NCBI GenBank assembly: GCA_030141605.1
Contig: JAQGDQ010000026.1
Coordinates: 806,001 to 870,000, forward strand
Source: Tubiluchus corallicola
Taxonomy: Eukaryota; Animalia; Priapulida
Length of the DNA stretch: 64,000 nt
Direction: 5' to 3'
The number at the start of each line of letters is the position of its first letter. Position 1 is the first letter of the stretch. The notes under the pieces are model-generated. The model ran no database searches. It was not told the DNA's origin and saw only the letters and a program-made list of their open reading frames with translations. Shown here in pieces: positions 1 through 12,674 of this stretch. A program made the position numbers and the translations under genes.

Positions 1-3000
1 TTATCTTTAGACTTTTGCCAAATAAACCTTTTATTGTGTCAGGCCGCCAAAGTGCTCTCAAATCAGCTTTAATCCACTGTTGTGGCAGTTGATGATAAGC
101 CGCTATACAGGACCTTTTAATAAGCCACTATAATATTGCGGAAACAGCTAAGCATTGTGTTGTTTCCTGTGTTTTCTCTTTCACTCTACGATCCCAGCCT
201 GTAAACATTTTGCTGTCCAACCAGGTAAGGTAAACTGCAGAAAGCGTGCTTTTATCTCCCGTTTTAGTCGCTTAATGGATTTGCGCGTGCATTCAGAAGT
301 CAATCCATTATCTAAAACCCGGTGAAATACGTTGACCCTCTGCTCCCACACCTTGAAATTTCATTGTTCAACTAATGTAAATAATGCAGGAGACAACAAT
401 ATTTGCTGGCTTTGCGGTTTAATCCATCTAAACAAAGTGGTGGAACGTCAAAAAAGGTAAGCTAGGAAGATAACAACAGCATTTAAGCGTTTTACACGAG
501 TTGTTTAAAAATTCGAGAGTTCACGCTGCTCATTTCATAGTAAAATAATACATGGCGTATGCTGTTCTTTTAGCACTGTATGCGTATTTAAAATTAAAAT
601 TACAATATAAAAGAGTGTACTGAAACGTGCACTCATTATCGTTGCACCTAAATTCATGTTGCCACCTGTTGGTAGGTCTCTCTTTGCCATCGACATATTT
701 TACCAAAGTTTCGCTAGTCCAGAATCATTTTAACATATAATTGATTAAAACGTTTAAAGTAAAACGTTGTTTAATTTTTTAATAACGATATTAACTTTTA
801 AAGTTTTCCCAGAAAAAACGTTTTGCAAACGATTGTGTATGCACAATGCAACTTAAGTTTTGTAGATGCTTATATCTAGTTTGTGTCGTAAAATTGTGCG
901 AAGATTATTGTTAATTATGAGATGTAAAATAAAAAAGAGGTGAACTTGATAAAATTTACGACTATTTATTAGTTATTACCAGTATTTCAAAATATACCTT
1001 AATTGTTCTTTTATATTTTTACAACGTTTTTGGAGAGTTTTAACGTTTTCGTCAAAATTATTGTTGCAAAGACTTCTCTTGAACGGAGTAAAATTGTACT
1101 GGTATTAGGATTTGAAGGCGGGTACAAGAGACCATACCTTGTTTACCTAGACCTTGTTATCCTTCAAATAGTGTGCATTTCGCCTTAAATATGAATCTTC
1201 CGCTTACTTTGGTTATAACTAGCAAAGTTCAGTGCACGGGCCCCACACAAACAAACTGGACAAGTGTGAACTGGGAAGTATATGCTACTTCCACCAAAAG
1301 TAACAGTTTTTTGTTAAACTTTCCAATAAACAACGCAGTAGCAGAATGAGAAACGTGAAATTATAGTACCTCCGTTTGAAGTCTGGAAAGAGAGCACATG
1401 TGGAGTGGCCATGAGCTTAAAGGCCGGCAGCTTAAACATCATGTGTATTCCGACTAGAAGTTATTTGTTTTGAAATTTAAAACTGGGTAATTGAAAACTG
1501 CTGTCAAGTGGTGTCCAGAAAAGAAGTGCACTCACTACTACAAAAGTTCTAAACGTATTTTAAGAGCCAGACCATTCACGCATGTGCGCAAGTTTTTGAG
1601 ACCTATTATTAACCAGAGAATAAGATACTAACGCGAGGTCACTCGCGTGAATTTAGCCACGTGGATAATTTCAGTTGCACTGATCTATAGGTTTAAATAA
1701 ACAAAATGGACAAAGACATGAAATTGAAATTGGGAACAGCGTAGTGCGAGGAAGAATAACAAACGAGAGTGTACCAAACTCTGAGTAATGAATGATCTGC
1801 AGCAGCAGCAGCAGCAGCATAGGCTACATATTAAGTCCTATATTTGCAGCCCACCCAGTTTAATATTTTTTCTTTTATTGGTCAGTTTTGTTTTATTTTA
1901 GTTAAGATAATTCTAGCTTTTAAGAATTATTTATCATAATTCAGAAAACTGCCTGGTTTGCTGCCTATTCCTTATTACGAAAATTGATAAAAAAAAAATT
2001 AGTATTAACAAAACTTAGTCTAAATTCAAAGTTTTACGATGTGATTGAGACAATTATATGCAATAGCTATACCTAGCGAAACAAAACTTTTTTCGTGTAG
2101 CCTTCGGAAGTTAAGTAAATTGTTTCTTTGGGCCTTCCAGTAAGGTTAGCGAACTAAGATTGTTTGTGAGATATTGGCTATGTAGTTAGATATACTTTGA
2201 ATGTATTTTACAACTACATCTGTAATAATTTTGAAGTATTGAAAAAGACAATTTTACACTAATATAATGCCTTCTTTTAATTTAAGCATAGCATGTACAT
2301 ATATGATTACATTCCAGTTTGCTTACTATTTAAATTTTTAAGCAAATGTCGACAAATTTTATTATACATACTTTGTTTCCTTTTGCAGCCGTCGTTATTC
2401 CTCCCAGCCTTCCAAGTCACCTTTCGTTAAATATCACGAAAATTTACATCGTAGGCATCAAATACCTAGATCTTGACCGCTGTCTATTTATTTTTTGGCG
2501 ATAATAAATTTGCGTCAGATTACATGATACATTTTGGTGCTGTTCACCTATAGTCTATTCATTGGGCAACCGAGCAAGGAATCACACGTTTATTAACACC
2601 CGCAGGACAATACGTCGAAAATAACTTTTCTTCATAATTTCAGAAAGCTGGCATAACAATGATACCTCCCGCAGTGCATGTATTTCTCGCGCTCCTGGCC
2701 CACTTAATCACTGAATGGTGAGAGCCCCTATCGAGCATAAGTAAAAGTTGGTAAGCTTGCAGTGTGAGTGAACTTCAGAGAGGTTACACAACATCCGCGT
2801 CCCAGATATCATCTTGGATGGACTCATCTCTTAGCATAATTATCTTCAACTTTACTACAAGCCAAAAGCACGCACGTCTTAAGGTGGTTCCATGCCGCGA
2901 GCGCGTGCTCTAACGAAATACCAGAAAAAACATTTGTAACAATATCATAAATAAACAAGCCTAACAAATACGGAGACATAAAACGTAAAATTACACACTT

Positions 3001-4522
3001 TCACGATCTTTGATAACTCCAATACATTGTTACGGGAATATTACGACTCCCCTGGAAAGTTAGCAATCTCACTGAAATAAGTAAATAGCTACATTGCATG
3101 CAAGGCAGTCATTTTATAGATTATTTATTTAACCTATAAGGCATACAGGGTAAAATGTGAATATAAAAGAGCCAATGGGGCGCTCATTCATTTATTGATA
3201 GAAATGCGATGAATGACCAAAAGGAAAACAATTAACAATGTCAAAGTAAAGGGCAGTACTCTTCAGAAGAAACAACATTAACATTTTGAAGGCCATTGTA
3301 ATCAGATTCGCGGTTTGGCTATTCCATGGATCAAAGATTTGATGAGAAATGTGGGAACAAAAAGGCAACTACGGCAGCTGTTTTGAGAGAGGAAGTATAT
3401 AGACCACGCTTCTCTTTTAATCAGTTAGAAGCTTTATCATGTTGATTGTTACTGCCTGTATCCTACTCTTTTGTTAAGAAAAAATGTTGCAAGATTAGTT
3501 TATTTGTGCCTTGTCAAGGTACAGACGTGTCTTCCCTGACTAACGTTGGTTGCTCATCGGTTACTAGATGTAACTAATGTCCTGCAGTCAATTCCAGACG
3601 GCAGTGCCCGCTTACTTTGATGGTTGTGGCCCGCGGAATAATCGTTTAAGATGAGATACTAAACCAGTGGACGTTTTACTTGGTAGTAGATAGCAGTAAA
3701 ACCTCAAGGCGTAACGTGTGACTAGTCTTTTCAGATTCATGGATTTCAGATTCAAGGTGGGCTACTTGCAGTTGCACTGCTGAAGTTAAAATGATCTTCA
3801 TGAGCTGAACGTATTAGTTCATGGGTACAAGAAAGTATACAAGTTTTAGTTTGATTATTTTAGTTAAGCCTATAAAAAACCCATAAATACTGCAATACAA
3901 TGAAACTGCTAATCTTTTTAATTTCCTTTGGAATGACTGAAAAAATTACTATTATACGTATCATGGATTATAAACTAGCTTTCTAGAGGCATTTACTGAC
4001 ATCCTATGGTAGCCATAGCGTAGATATAGAGACACTAGTGAACTTAAGGGAAAAAAAGAAAATGTGTTGGAAAATTTCCATATGAAGTTATATTACTGAG
4101 TGTTATGCCTATCTGCTTGAAAGACATTAACTAACAAAGAAGTTCTTAGTAATTTAAAATGTTCGGGCCAGCTGTTAAATATCATTGGCTCACTATCCTG
4201 GCCAGTGTGCATCAAAAAATCGGCTCATTAAAAAACTTATTATTTAATTTTAAAGTCACGCTTACAGTCAAAATAACTTTTCCTGTCCTTTAAAGACAAG
4301 AGGAGGTTTTCAGCTCTTTTCCATATCCTCTTCTCGTTGTCACCTATACGATGGAGTTGTTGTGTTACTTTAGTGTTTATCTTTCGCAGTTTATTTAACT
4401 CATAACAAGTGGCGATAGTGCGAATGATTAAGTTTTACTTCTATTTTTTACTGTTAGCTAAACACAGTTGTGGAACTTTTGTATATTGTGTATTATATCG
4501 ATCTATGTCCTTATTCATGAAT

Positions 4523-4633
<111 letters not shown>

Positions 4634-6229
4634 GCAACTTTTTGTTGATTGACTAATTATTGTTGATTTCATCCATAAAAAATATTTAATGGATTCCATC
4701 TAAGCAACTTATGATTATTTAGTTTAGTCGATTTTATTTGAACCAATTTTGTTTGCTCAACTTCCAGAATTTAAGGAGTTCTGGAGTAGGGCAAAATTTA
4801 CCACAAATTTGAAATGCGTCCCAAAGAATGCGTCACCATGTACTGAAACGAGTTGGATGATTGAATCTATAACGGCCGCGGTCAATGCGTTAACGTCGTG
4901 AATGCGCCAATACCAATAACAGTTATCGTTTTTATTGAAAAAATGTTCTTGTTTGTTATTGCTAACAGTTTAACGATTTGGCGTACAGCGCATTATGTGC
5001 CAAAGTGAATCTGCGCCCTAATTTCTGTATCTCATACTTTAGTCGTTTCGGTGCTTTCGACTTCGAGGACAACTGAACAAACACTTGAAGCTTTTCCTGT
5101 GAGTTGTCAGACTTGCTTTGTACGTGTAAGCCGGTATTTCTCAAATACATTCTTTTGTTATCAGAAAATTATGTGTTTTGCTATGAAATAAAATGTTAAC
5201 AGCTCATATACACCAAAGTATACATATGTAAGCGTTTGCTGCCTAGTAATGATCCATAATCCAGATATGGGGGTATATTACTTGCAAGTTTAAGATGTGC
5301 TATTTGTCTCTCCACTATACTAAATTTACCCTAACTGAGATGTTAAATATAGTGGCACTACCGCAGATAGAGTGAGGTCATGCCATTGGGACATAATAAA
5401 TTTTTGTATTTTTACTGTTACTTCAACATATTTTTATTTATAAAAGCATTTTGAAATTTAACAGACACCTGCAAAGAAGAATGTACAGTAGACATCAAAA
5501 ACAATCTGCTCAGCTAGAAGCACAAAACTTAAGTATAAGTATAAGTATCTTTATTTATCACCTTTTTATAGGAAGAAAAACACAGCGCATAAAACAATAA
5601 TATGATACAATGTAACGAAATTATTATGATGATTAATTTATCTGAAATATGATATTAAAATGATTGGTGAAATGGTGGCAAAGAACTAAAAGTTATCAAA
5701 GTCAACCACCCTGTAAGTAATGTTGCTATTAGTAATTAATTATGTGCACAATCATCGAGATAAAATTTTCAGAATTAGGTGTAATAAAAGTTTACGTATG
5801 GAGCATTACCAAGTTAAGGGATGAGAATTTTCTGCGGATACGCGGAATTCTGAGTTTTTGGAAGACCAGTAGTGCCATTTTTGTAAATCGCGTAAATTCG
5901 TTGAGAAAATTTTTACAGACCCAGTACATTATTTCACAAGCTGACCACTAGTTGGCAGGCCGTCACTTTGTTTACATCACGTACATCAGTGCCACGTGTA
6001 TATCTCTATGTATAAAAATATAGAATCAATGGTGTGGAGCTATTTGAGTCAATTGCAGACAGTTTTTATATACTTTTGCATAGGAGCGGCCAATACTTAG
6101 GCATTTTTGAGACAATTAGGTATCATATATCCTTGATAGTTGGGTATTTTAAATTATGCATGAAACAAGGTAATTGATATTTTAAGTCCACTTAGAGGCT
6201 CTCTATGGTTACAAAATTGCAATTTGTTG

Positions 6230-7957
6230 CTGTCTCCAAGGGGGCTTCGCCATTCGGGGCCTAAGCCCAAGGAATGGTTAGTGTGCTAGGATTGAACTTA
6301 TGAAATTTAGGTTTAAATTTTAACATACATAACAAGAATATAAAGATATAATCAGTACATATAATGTTGACATAGTAAGCATATACTAACTGCATATACA
6401 TGTTCATATACAATTTTAAGATACTTATATACGTGCACACACACATGCATACACAATATATTAAAAAAAAGACATACATACATAGAGATGTGTAGATATC
6501 AGCTGTAAAATTACATTATTATAGCAGTACTAATGGCTACATATATACACATACACATACATATAAATATATTATATATACACAAATATATACACACTCA
6601 GATGCATAGCAGGGGTATAGACTTATAACACGGAGTACAATTTCAGAAGTAGTAGTGCAATAACATATGTAAAAACGGCTTTATTACTATTTCTGTAACA
6701 AAATTCATGATAAGTTTTCACTGTAAGTTGAGGTCTAGACTTTCAGCATAAATAATAAGTGAGATTTTACCATTCATATGTATATATACAGTTTAGTGAG
6801 TTCAACTTGACTGGAAAGTAGTAGTTTAAGACTTAGTTATGTAGGCAGTTCCAAGACTAGTTATATAGAGAAATAAGTTTTTGTAATCTGAGACAAGATA
6901 ATTAAGAGATTTGATTTTGAACTCCAGGGGAATACAGTTCCAAATTCATGGGCCTTGATACTTGAGCAAACATTGAGCTTTGGTTGTATTGCATCTTTTG
7001 ACACTATAAGTGTTACTTGATGCAAAGCGCGTTTGGTAGTTCGCTCAAGTATCCATTAGGTAGTTTAGGTAGCTTATGATTCTTAAATTTAAAAACAAAT
7101 TTAGCCATTTCTAGGTTATAGGTATCAGTTATTTTTAAAATTCTTAGTTGACTATAATTGGTCCCTGAAACCAGCAAAGCAGACAGCTTTTACAATTTTG
7201 TTTTGAGGTACAACAACATTCTGTATTATAGTTTTGTTGGCTGATCTCCATGTAAGTATTCCGTATTGTAAACAAAGAAAAACTAGTCTGTAATATATTA
7301 ATTTCAAAGTTTGCCTATCTAGATAATGCCGAAATTTAAAAAATAATCTCGTTATTTTACTAATTTTATACGTTATGTTTTTTATGTGTGTACTCCAGTT
7401 GAGCTTGCTATATTAACAAATATAGCAGATATAGCACATCCAGATATTTTATATCATTGGATCGACTAATACTTATATTATTAATACTAATTTACAAGTT
7501 GTCTACATCAGCATTAGGCTTTCAATTTGAAAAGAGAATAAACTTAGTTTTTTGATAGTTTAATGTTAGTTTATTTGCTTTTAGCCAGGTATCAATTTTG
7601 TTTAATTGTTGATTGATAGTATTTTGTAGATTATGGATATCAGATCCAGCCATAAATAGGTTAGTATCATCCGCAAACATTCATGTATCAAGGTTAGTAC
7701 AATCAGGGAGGTCATTGGTATACAATAAAAATAATAATGGTCCCAGGGTAGAGCCCTGAGGAATCCCACATGTGACTTGAGCCAATTTAGATTTTGTATC
7801 CCAATGGCAGTAAACTGTTTGCGATTCGTAAGATAGGAAGCTAATAATTCATGTGCATGGCCTTTTATATCGTAGTGGTTAAGTTTATCAATTAGTATAT
7901 TGTGTTGGACAGTATCAATGCTTTTTGTAGATTCAGAAAAATTTCACACGTATGCAA
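6230..7957 (-). mobile_element. 5'-truncated, degraded non-LTR retrotransposon (CR1/L2 group): RT C-terminal half plus 3' region
   Basis: Minus-strand translation with frameshifts and stops: IFLNLQKA/DTVQHNILIDKL...SYLTNRKQ...VTCGIPQGSTLGPLLFLLYTNDLP...MFADDTNL (RT motifs). The 3' boundary is approximate. Confidence 0.85.
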
Positions 7958-8005
7958 TTGATTTTCAGTCACCTCGCTGGCTTGATTTTCAGTCACCTCG
8001 CTGGC
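7958..8005. repeat. 24-bp perfect tandem duplication at the LINE 5' truncation point
   Basis: TTGATTTTCAGTCACCTCGCTGGC occurs twice in tandem. Confidence 0.9.
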
Positions 8006-8851
8006 TTTTATGGTTAACACTTTATTAGAATTTAGCTTCGTGGAATACCGCTATTTATAAGGGTTAGCTGCAGAGGTGCGTTGTTGTCACTTTCTCGAGT
8101 ATCTGCAAGTGCAAAGCATGTAACTGTACATGTCTGAATATGCAAATTCCCCAGATTTATGCGAAATATGAACGTCCCTCGCATCAACAAGATCCTCAAA
8201 AATATGGGCAAAACTAGAAGATTGGAGTTACAAAATTTACAGTTTATGGGGCTGTAATTGTTACAGAATTCTGAATGCAACACGTGTTATCAGAAGACAA
8301 GTTTATAAAACACGATAAACATGGAAAAAATCATTTTTACGATGCACAAATGATTTATTTTGAGTTTCTGTGTAAACGTGTACATTTATTTATAATTTTG
8401 CATCCCTCAAAATCTCTTTAGTTGGCATGGTTGCTATCAATTCAAACTGACGATATACAAAAATGTTCTGATTCATAACTGAATTAACATACTTACTCAC
8501 TACCTAATTTTTTAATGCCTTTACAACACGAAATTGAAAATTGTTCCATATTACGTTAAAAAGGCGACGAAAAATTTTCTGACTACTTAACCTATTTGCA
8601 TTTAAATCAATATTTTCACGACTTTCTCTTTTATTTCTAAGTAAGGAAGCAGTAGGTCATTCATTTCTAAGGTGGTAGAGTATTTAAAAAGTTTCATCAT
8701 TTATAACTAAATGTGTAATTGTAAAAATTTCTTAATCTCTAAATTTTGATTATAATTTTAACCCAAATCAGTAACCCAGTAATCAGTTTATGCTGCACAC
8801 AAATTTTAATATTTTGCTATTACTAAGATTTCCGGGATAATGTTTGCTACC

Positions 8852-8852
<1 letters not shown>

Positions 8853-8887
<35 letters not shown>
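8853..8887. repeat. (TA)n microsatellite
   Basis: Directly visible TA run. Confidence 0.95.
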
Positions 8888-8890
<3 letters not shown>

Positions 8891-9182
8891 CATTCTCCAC
8901 TAGATGTATTGTGCATAAATTTTGTGAAGATAATGATACTGTAATAGTTAACTCCAGCAGGCGCAAAATAATAGTTTTGAAGTTATTTTAAGTAAAGGTG
9001 AACTTTCACACCCACTGTCAGAGTTTCAGTATCTCGTGTACCAGCGCACACATGTTACAATGATCAGGTAGCATATAAGCAACTTGCTCTCCGTTCAACA
9101 ACATTACTTAAAATTAATTAACTAATAACAAACAATAATTGTCAGTTGTATGGATACTTTAGATGCATTAGAAGACTTACCA

Positions 9183-9401
9183 CTATTGATGATATGGATA
9201 TATTGATAGATAACTTATGAGATAAATTTTAAGAAGTGAAATAATAATGGCAAAGCGACTTATTTTTTTCAATATTCCTGTGGCTTTGTTCAGTTTTCTG
9301 GATACATTATTAACATGACATACATGAGTTTTCAGTTTCATACTGATTTGACAAAAATATTTCTCGGAGTATTTAGGAAATATTGAAATCCACAGTGTCA
9401 A
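9183..9401 (-). mobile_element. Degraded LINE ORF2 post-RT fragment
   Basis: HVNNVSRKLNKATGILKKISRF resembles the H-I-x-x-V-x-x-K-L-x-K-x-x-G-I-L-x-K segment of CR1/L2-group ORF2, also seen at 60.8-61.1 kb. Confidence 0.55.
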
Positions 9402-9902
9402 TAATTTAGTGGTCTGAGGTGGTAATTTGGCTAGGTTTGTGAAAATCAGTTGTCAGGGTTTCAAGTGACACCAATTTGTAGCATTAGTTTTTTATGTTAT
9501 AATTCAGAAAGATCAGATTGGAGAGTTGATTGTGTGATGTTTTCTGAATTCGATGTATTTTGCCTTTGTTTATAAATGTTTCAGTAACATGAGTACTCAT
9601 TTTACTGAATATGAATTGAGAAGATGCACAAGCTACTTATATCTGCTTTAATTGTAAGCTTTCTTTTTTGTGTGGCACCTTACATAATTTCTGCAAATAA
9701 CGTATTTGTCCCAATTCTTCGCTACAGGCTTAAGTTTCAATGTTTCATTTACAATAATGCCTTTTATTGTCAGTAATTTGAATTCTTGAATGAAACTGGC
9801 AAAACCATTTAAAATAAGTTGTTTACAATATGCTTCATACATTTTATTGAAGAGGTAAAATGTAATTTCCAGGTTCTGACTGTGGCATAAGTCTCAACAA
9901 AA

Positions 9903-10931
9903 ATGGATATGGAAACAGTGATCTATTTCAAGTGTACTGCCTGTTCTGAATGTTTTATGTCAGAGGACGTTTTTTTTGCTCACACTCGTACCTGGCACTG
10001 CAAGATACTGATCAGTGAAGGCCAGGATGCAGATGATGCAGAGAATGCACATGTAATTGTTGCAGACATTAGCTCAGTTCCAGTAAAACAGGATATTTGT
10101 GATACTGAAGAAGCTGATGACATCGCCGATTATGTGGATCCGACTGACGATATTATCGATCGTGCTTCTTCAGTTTTTTGCAGCAGTTTTAATCAAAATC
10201 CAGTTAAACTTGAATCAGAGTTATATGAGAGCTCTACTGCTTATGCTGAGGATGGAATTGAATTGACAGCTACAGGCAAAGAGATTAATGTTTTAGTTTT
10301 AAGTGAAGATGATGGAAATAATAGTAAAATGGCAAGGCAGAAACATTTTAGCCTATGCCACTTTCCATCAAAACTATCAAGTGCAGAACAGAAGCGGCAA
10401 CAGCATCCAAAACACCCTAACACAATAAGGAGTATCTTTGCTCAGAAACACAAACAGACACCAATAATTTCTCCGGTTTCACGTGATCCAAATGTGTTAC
10501 AGTCTACCAAAGTTGCCAGGGCCATATCATCTAAAAGTCATTTGGTGAGGAAAGGTGCCGGCTTTGCCACTGGTGAAAAGCCTCGTAGGGAGAGTGCTTT
10601 TATATGCAAATACTGCAGGAAGGCATTTGGTTCAGCCATGAAAATGCAACAACATGAACGAATTCACACTGGTGAAAAGCCTTATATTTGCAACTTGTGT
10701 GGCAAAGGCTTTTCTGTTGAGTGCAATATGAAGCGCCACTTTAGAGTTCACACAGGAGAAAAACCTTATTCCTGTACTGTCTGTGGAAAAAGTTTTAGTC
10801 AGGAAGGGAATCTAAAAACTCACATGAGAATTCATACAAATGAAAAACCTTTTGAGTGTTCAGTTTGTAAAAGAAGTTTTGCTCACTCTTCTGCCTTGAA
10901 AAATCATTTTCGGACATACCACAAAATGTAA
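9903..10931 (+). CDS. C2H2 zinc-finger protein A (342 aa): N-terminal orphan finger module, acidic linker, 4 C-terminal Kruppel-type fingers
   Basis: Intact ORF; four CxxC...HxxxH fingers joined by TGEKP/TNEKP linkers; splice acceptor TTTCCAG ending at 9872; AATAAA at 11158 and 11223. Confidence 0.93.
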   Translation: MDMETVIYFKCTACSECFMSEDVFFAHTRTWHCKILISEGQDADDAENAHVIVADISSVPVKQDICDTEEADDIADYVDPTDDIIDRASSVFCSSFNQNPVKLESELYESSTAYAEDGIELTATGKEINVLVLSEDDGNNSKMARQKHFSLCHFPSKLSSAEQKRQQHPKHPNTIRSIFAQKHKQTPIISPVSRDPNVLQSTKVARAISSKSHLVRKGAGFATGEKPRRESAFICKYCRKAFGSAMKMQQHERIHTGEKPYICNLCGKGFSVECNMKRHFRVHTGEKPYSCTVCGKSFSQEGNLKTHMRIHTNEKPFECSVCKRSFAHSSALKNHFRTYHKM

Positions 10932-11702
10932 ATATGCTATGGTGTATATAAAGAATGAATTTGTGATTTAATTTTTCCAGACAATCCTAAGAAAACCATT
11001 AAAATGTACCAAATCCACCAGATGCAGTGGGTGACAGAGTTGGTTCATATGCTACTCAATATATCAAAAGTATAACATTTCCTCTGCACACCAGCAGTTA
11101 TCCTCTAGTGTGACTGCCAGAGAGAGTGTATAGTGGATATGCTGTGGGTTTTTTTTTAATAAAAATTACAAAAAATTTGATGATATTATGTGATAGTTAA
11201 CATTATTGCTTCCATGCTGTAGAATAAACATGTTATATCCCATAAATGCTGATGTCTTGTTCTATCAGATTTTGTGCAATTTCAATGTATGCTTTTGAAT
11301 TCTTGCAACTGTAAATATATTAGACTTAAATTTAAAAAAAATGGGATTTATTGTGGAATCTTTTATAGCATTAGTAGGACATATGCCAAGAGCTTATGAT
11401 GTAACCTACAAATTTGTATTGCAAATATGTAGCTTTTAAGAAAATGTTCGAATTGTTTTAGTACAATTACAGCTTATTCTGTTGTATTAGATGTAATGAA
11501 ATTATATTTTATCAAAGCATTTAGTTGGACCCTAAATTTTATCGAGATATTGTTACAAATTGGCTCTAATTATGGTAATAAGGTTGAAATAATCTTATAA
11601 TTATTTGTGAAAATATTTAGAATTTTGTATGACCTTTGATCTACCAATATATAATTGTGTATGCATGCATTTTAGGTCGTAAAATCGTGGGATAAAACAG
11701 TT

Positions 11703-12674
11703 ATGGATGGAACCATCTTGGAACCTACAATCTACTTCAAATGTACAGCCTGTTCTGACTGTTTTGAATCAGAGGACGTTTTCTTTGCTCACACGCGTAC
11801 TTGGCACTGCAAGATACTGATTAGCGAAGGCCAAGATACAGATAGTTCTAATGATGCCTTCGCTGTTTATACCATTACATTTGAAGCAGCCAGTCCTTGT
11901 ATCAATGATATAAAGCCTGTTCTTTCTAATAATGGTGAACCCAGCAAGTCTACCACTCTAGAACAGTACAGTGGTGGTCTAGATGGTAGTGTTAAAGAAA
12001 GTGCTGCAAAAATTGAACCAGTCTGCCAGTTAGATTACAATGATATGTTCTGTGAGAGCATGGCAAACAAAATTAGGTGTGATCTAATTGAACCTCTGAG
12101 TAGTATTGGTGTTAGTACATTGTGTGATGATGAATTAGAATGTGGCAATGATGCAATACTCAACCAGAAGGAAGCACATTTCATTAAAATTGCCACACGG
12201 ATAAAAACATTAAAATCGTTCCAACCTCGTGAATCTCAATCAGCAAAAAAGGGATGTTCAGATGGAAAAGGAAACTTTGAGCTCAACAGAGAAGCAACCA
12301 CTGAGAGAAAACCTCCCAAAAAGTTTGTTTGTTTGTGCAAGTTTTGCGGGAAAGCTTTTAAAAATGCCTACTTACTTCGACGACATGAACGAATCCATAC
12401 AGGTGAAAAACCTCATTCTTGTAAAGTTTGGGGAAGAAATTTCAGTGAGAAAGGGCATCCAAAGACACATGTGAGAATACATACAGGTGAAAAACCGTTT
12501 GCGTGTCCTGTTTGTCAAAAAGGTTTTGCTCAGCATAGTACCTTGAAAATGCACAGGAAAATACATAACGGTGAAAAACCTTTTGTGTGTTCTGTTTGCC
12601 AAAGAGGTTTCACTCAGCATAGTGGATTAAAAATGCACATGAAAAAGCATACGGGTGAAAAATCTTTTGTGTGA
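11703..12674 (+). CDS. C2H2 zinc-finger protein B (323 aa), tandem paralogue of A; one finger degenerate, fifth finger cut by TGA
   Basis: Same N-terminal module; fingers with TGEKP/NGEKP linkers; finger 2 reads CKVWGRNFSEKGHPKTH (C>W, L>P); acceptor TTTTAG ending at 11675. Confidence 0.85.
   Translation: MDGTILEPTIYFKCTACSDCFESEDVFFAHTRTWHCKILISEGQDTDSSNDAFAVYTITFEAASPCINDIKPVLSNNGEPSKSTTLEQYSGGLDGSVKESAAKIEPVCQLDYNDMFCESMANKIRCDLIEPLSSIGVSTLCDDELECGNDAILNQKEAHFIKIATRIKTLKSFQPRESQSAKKGCSDGKGNFELNREATTERKPPKKFVCLCKFCGKAFKNAYLLRRHERIHTGEKPHSCKVWGRNFSEKGHPKTHVRIHTGEKPFACPVCQKGFAQHSTLKMHRKIHNGEKPFVCSVCQRGFTQHSGLKMHMKKHTGEKSFV

Noticed and set aside
2389-2760. Possible plus-strand exons with AG/GT boundaries
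   Set aside because: Could not assemble a recognisable protein; such sites arise by chance.
4873-4893. piggyBac-like terminus (…GGTCAATGCG-TTAA)
   Set aside because: No matching opposite terminus found nearby.
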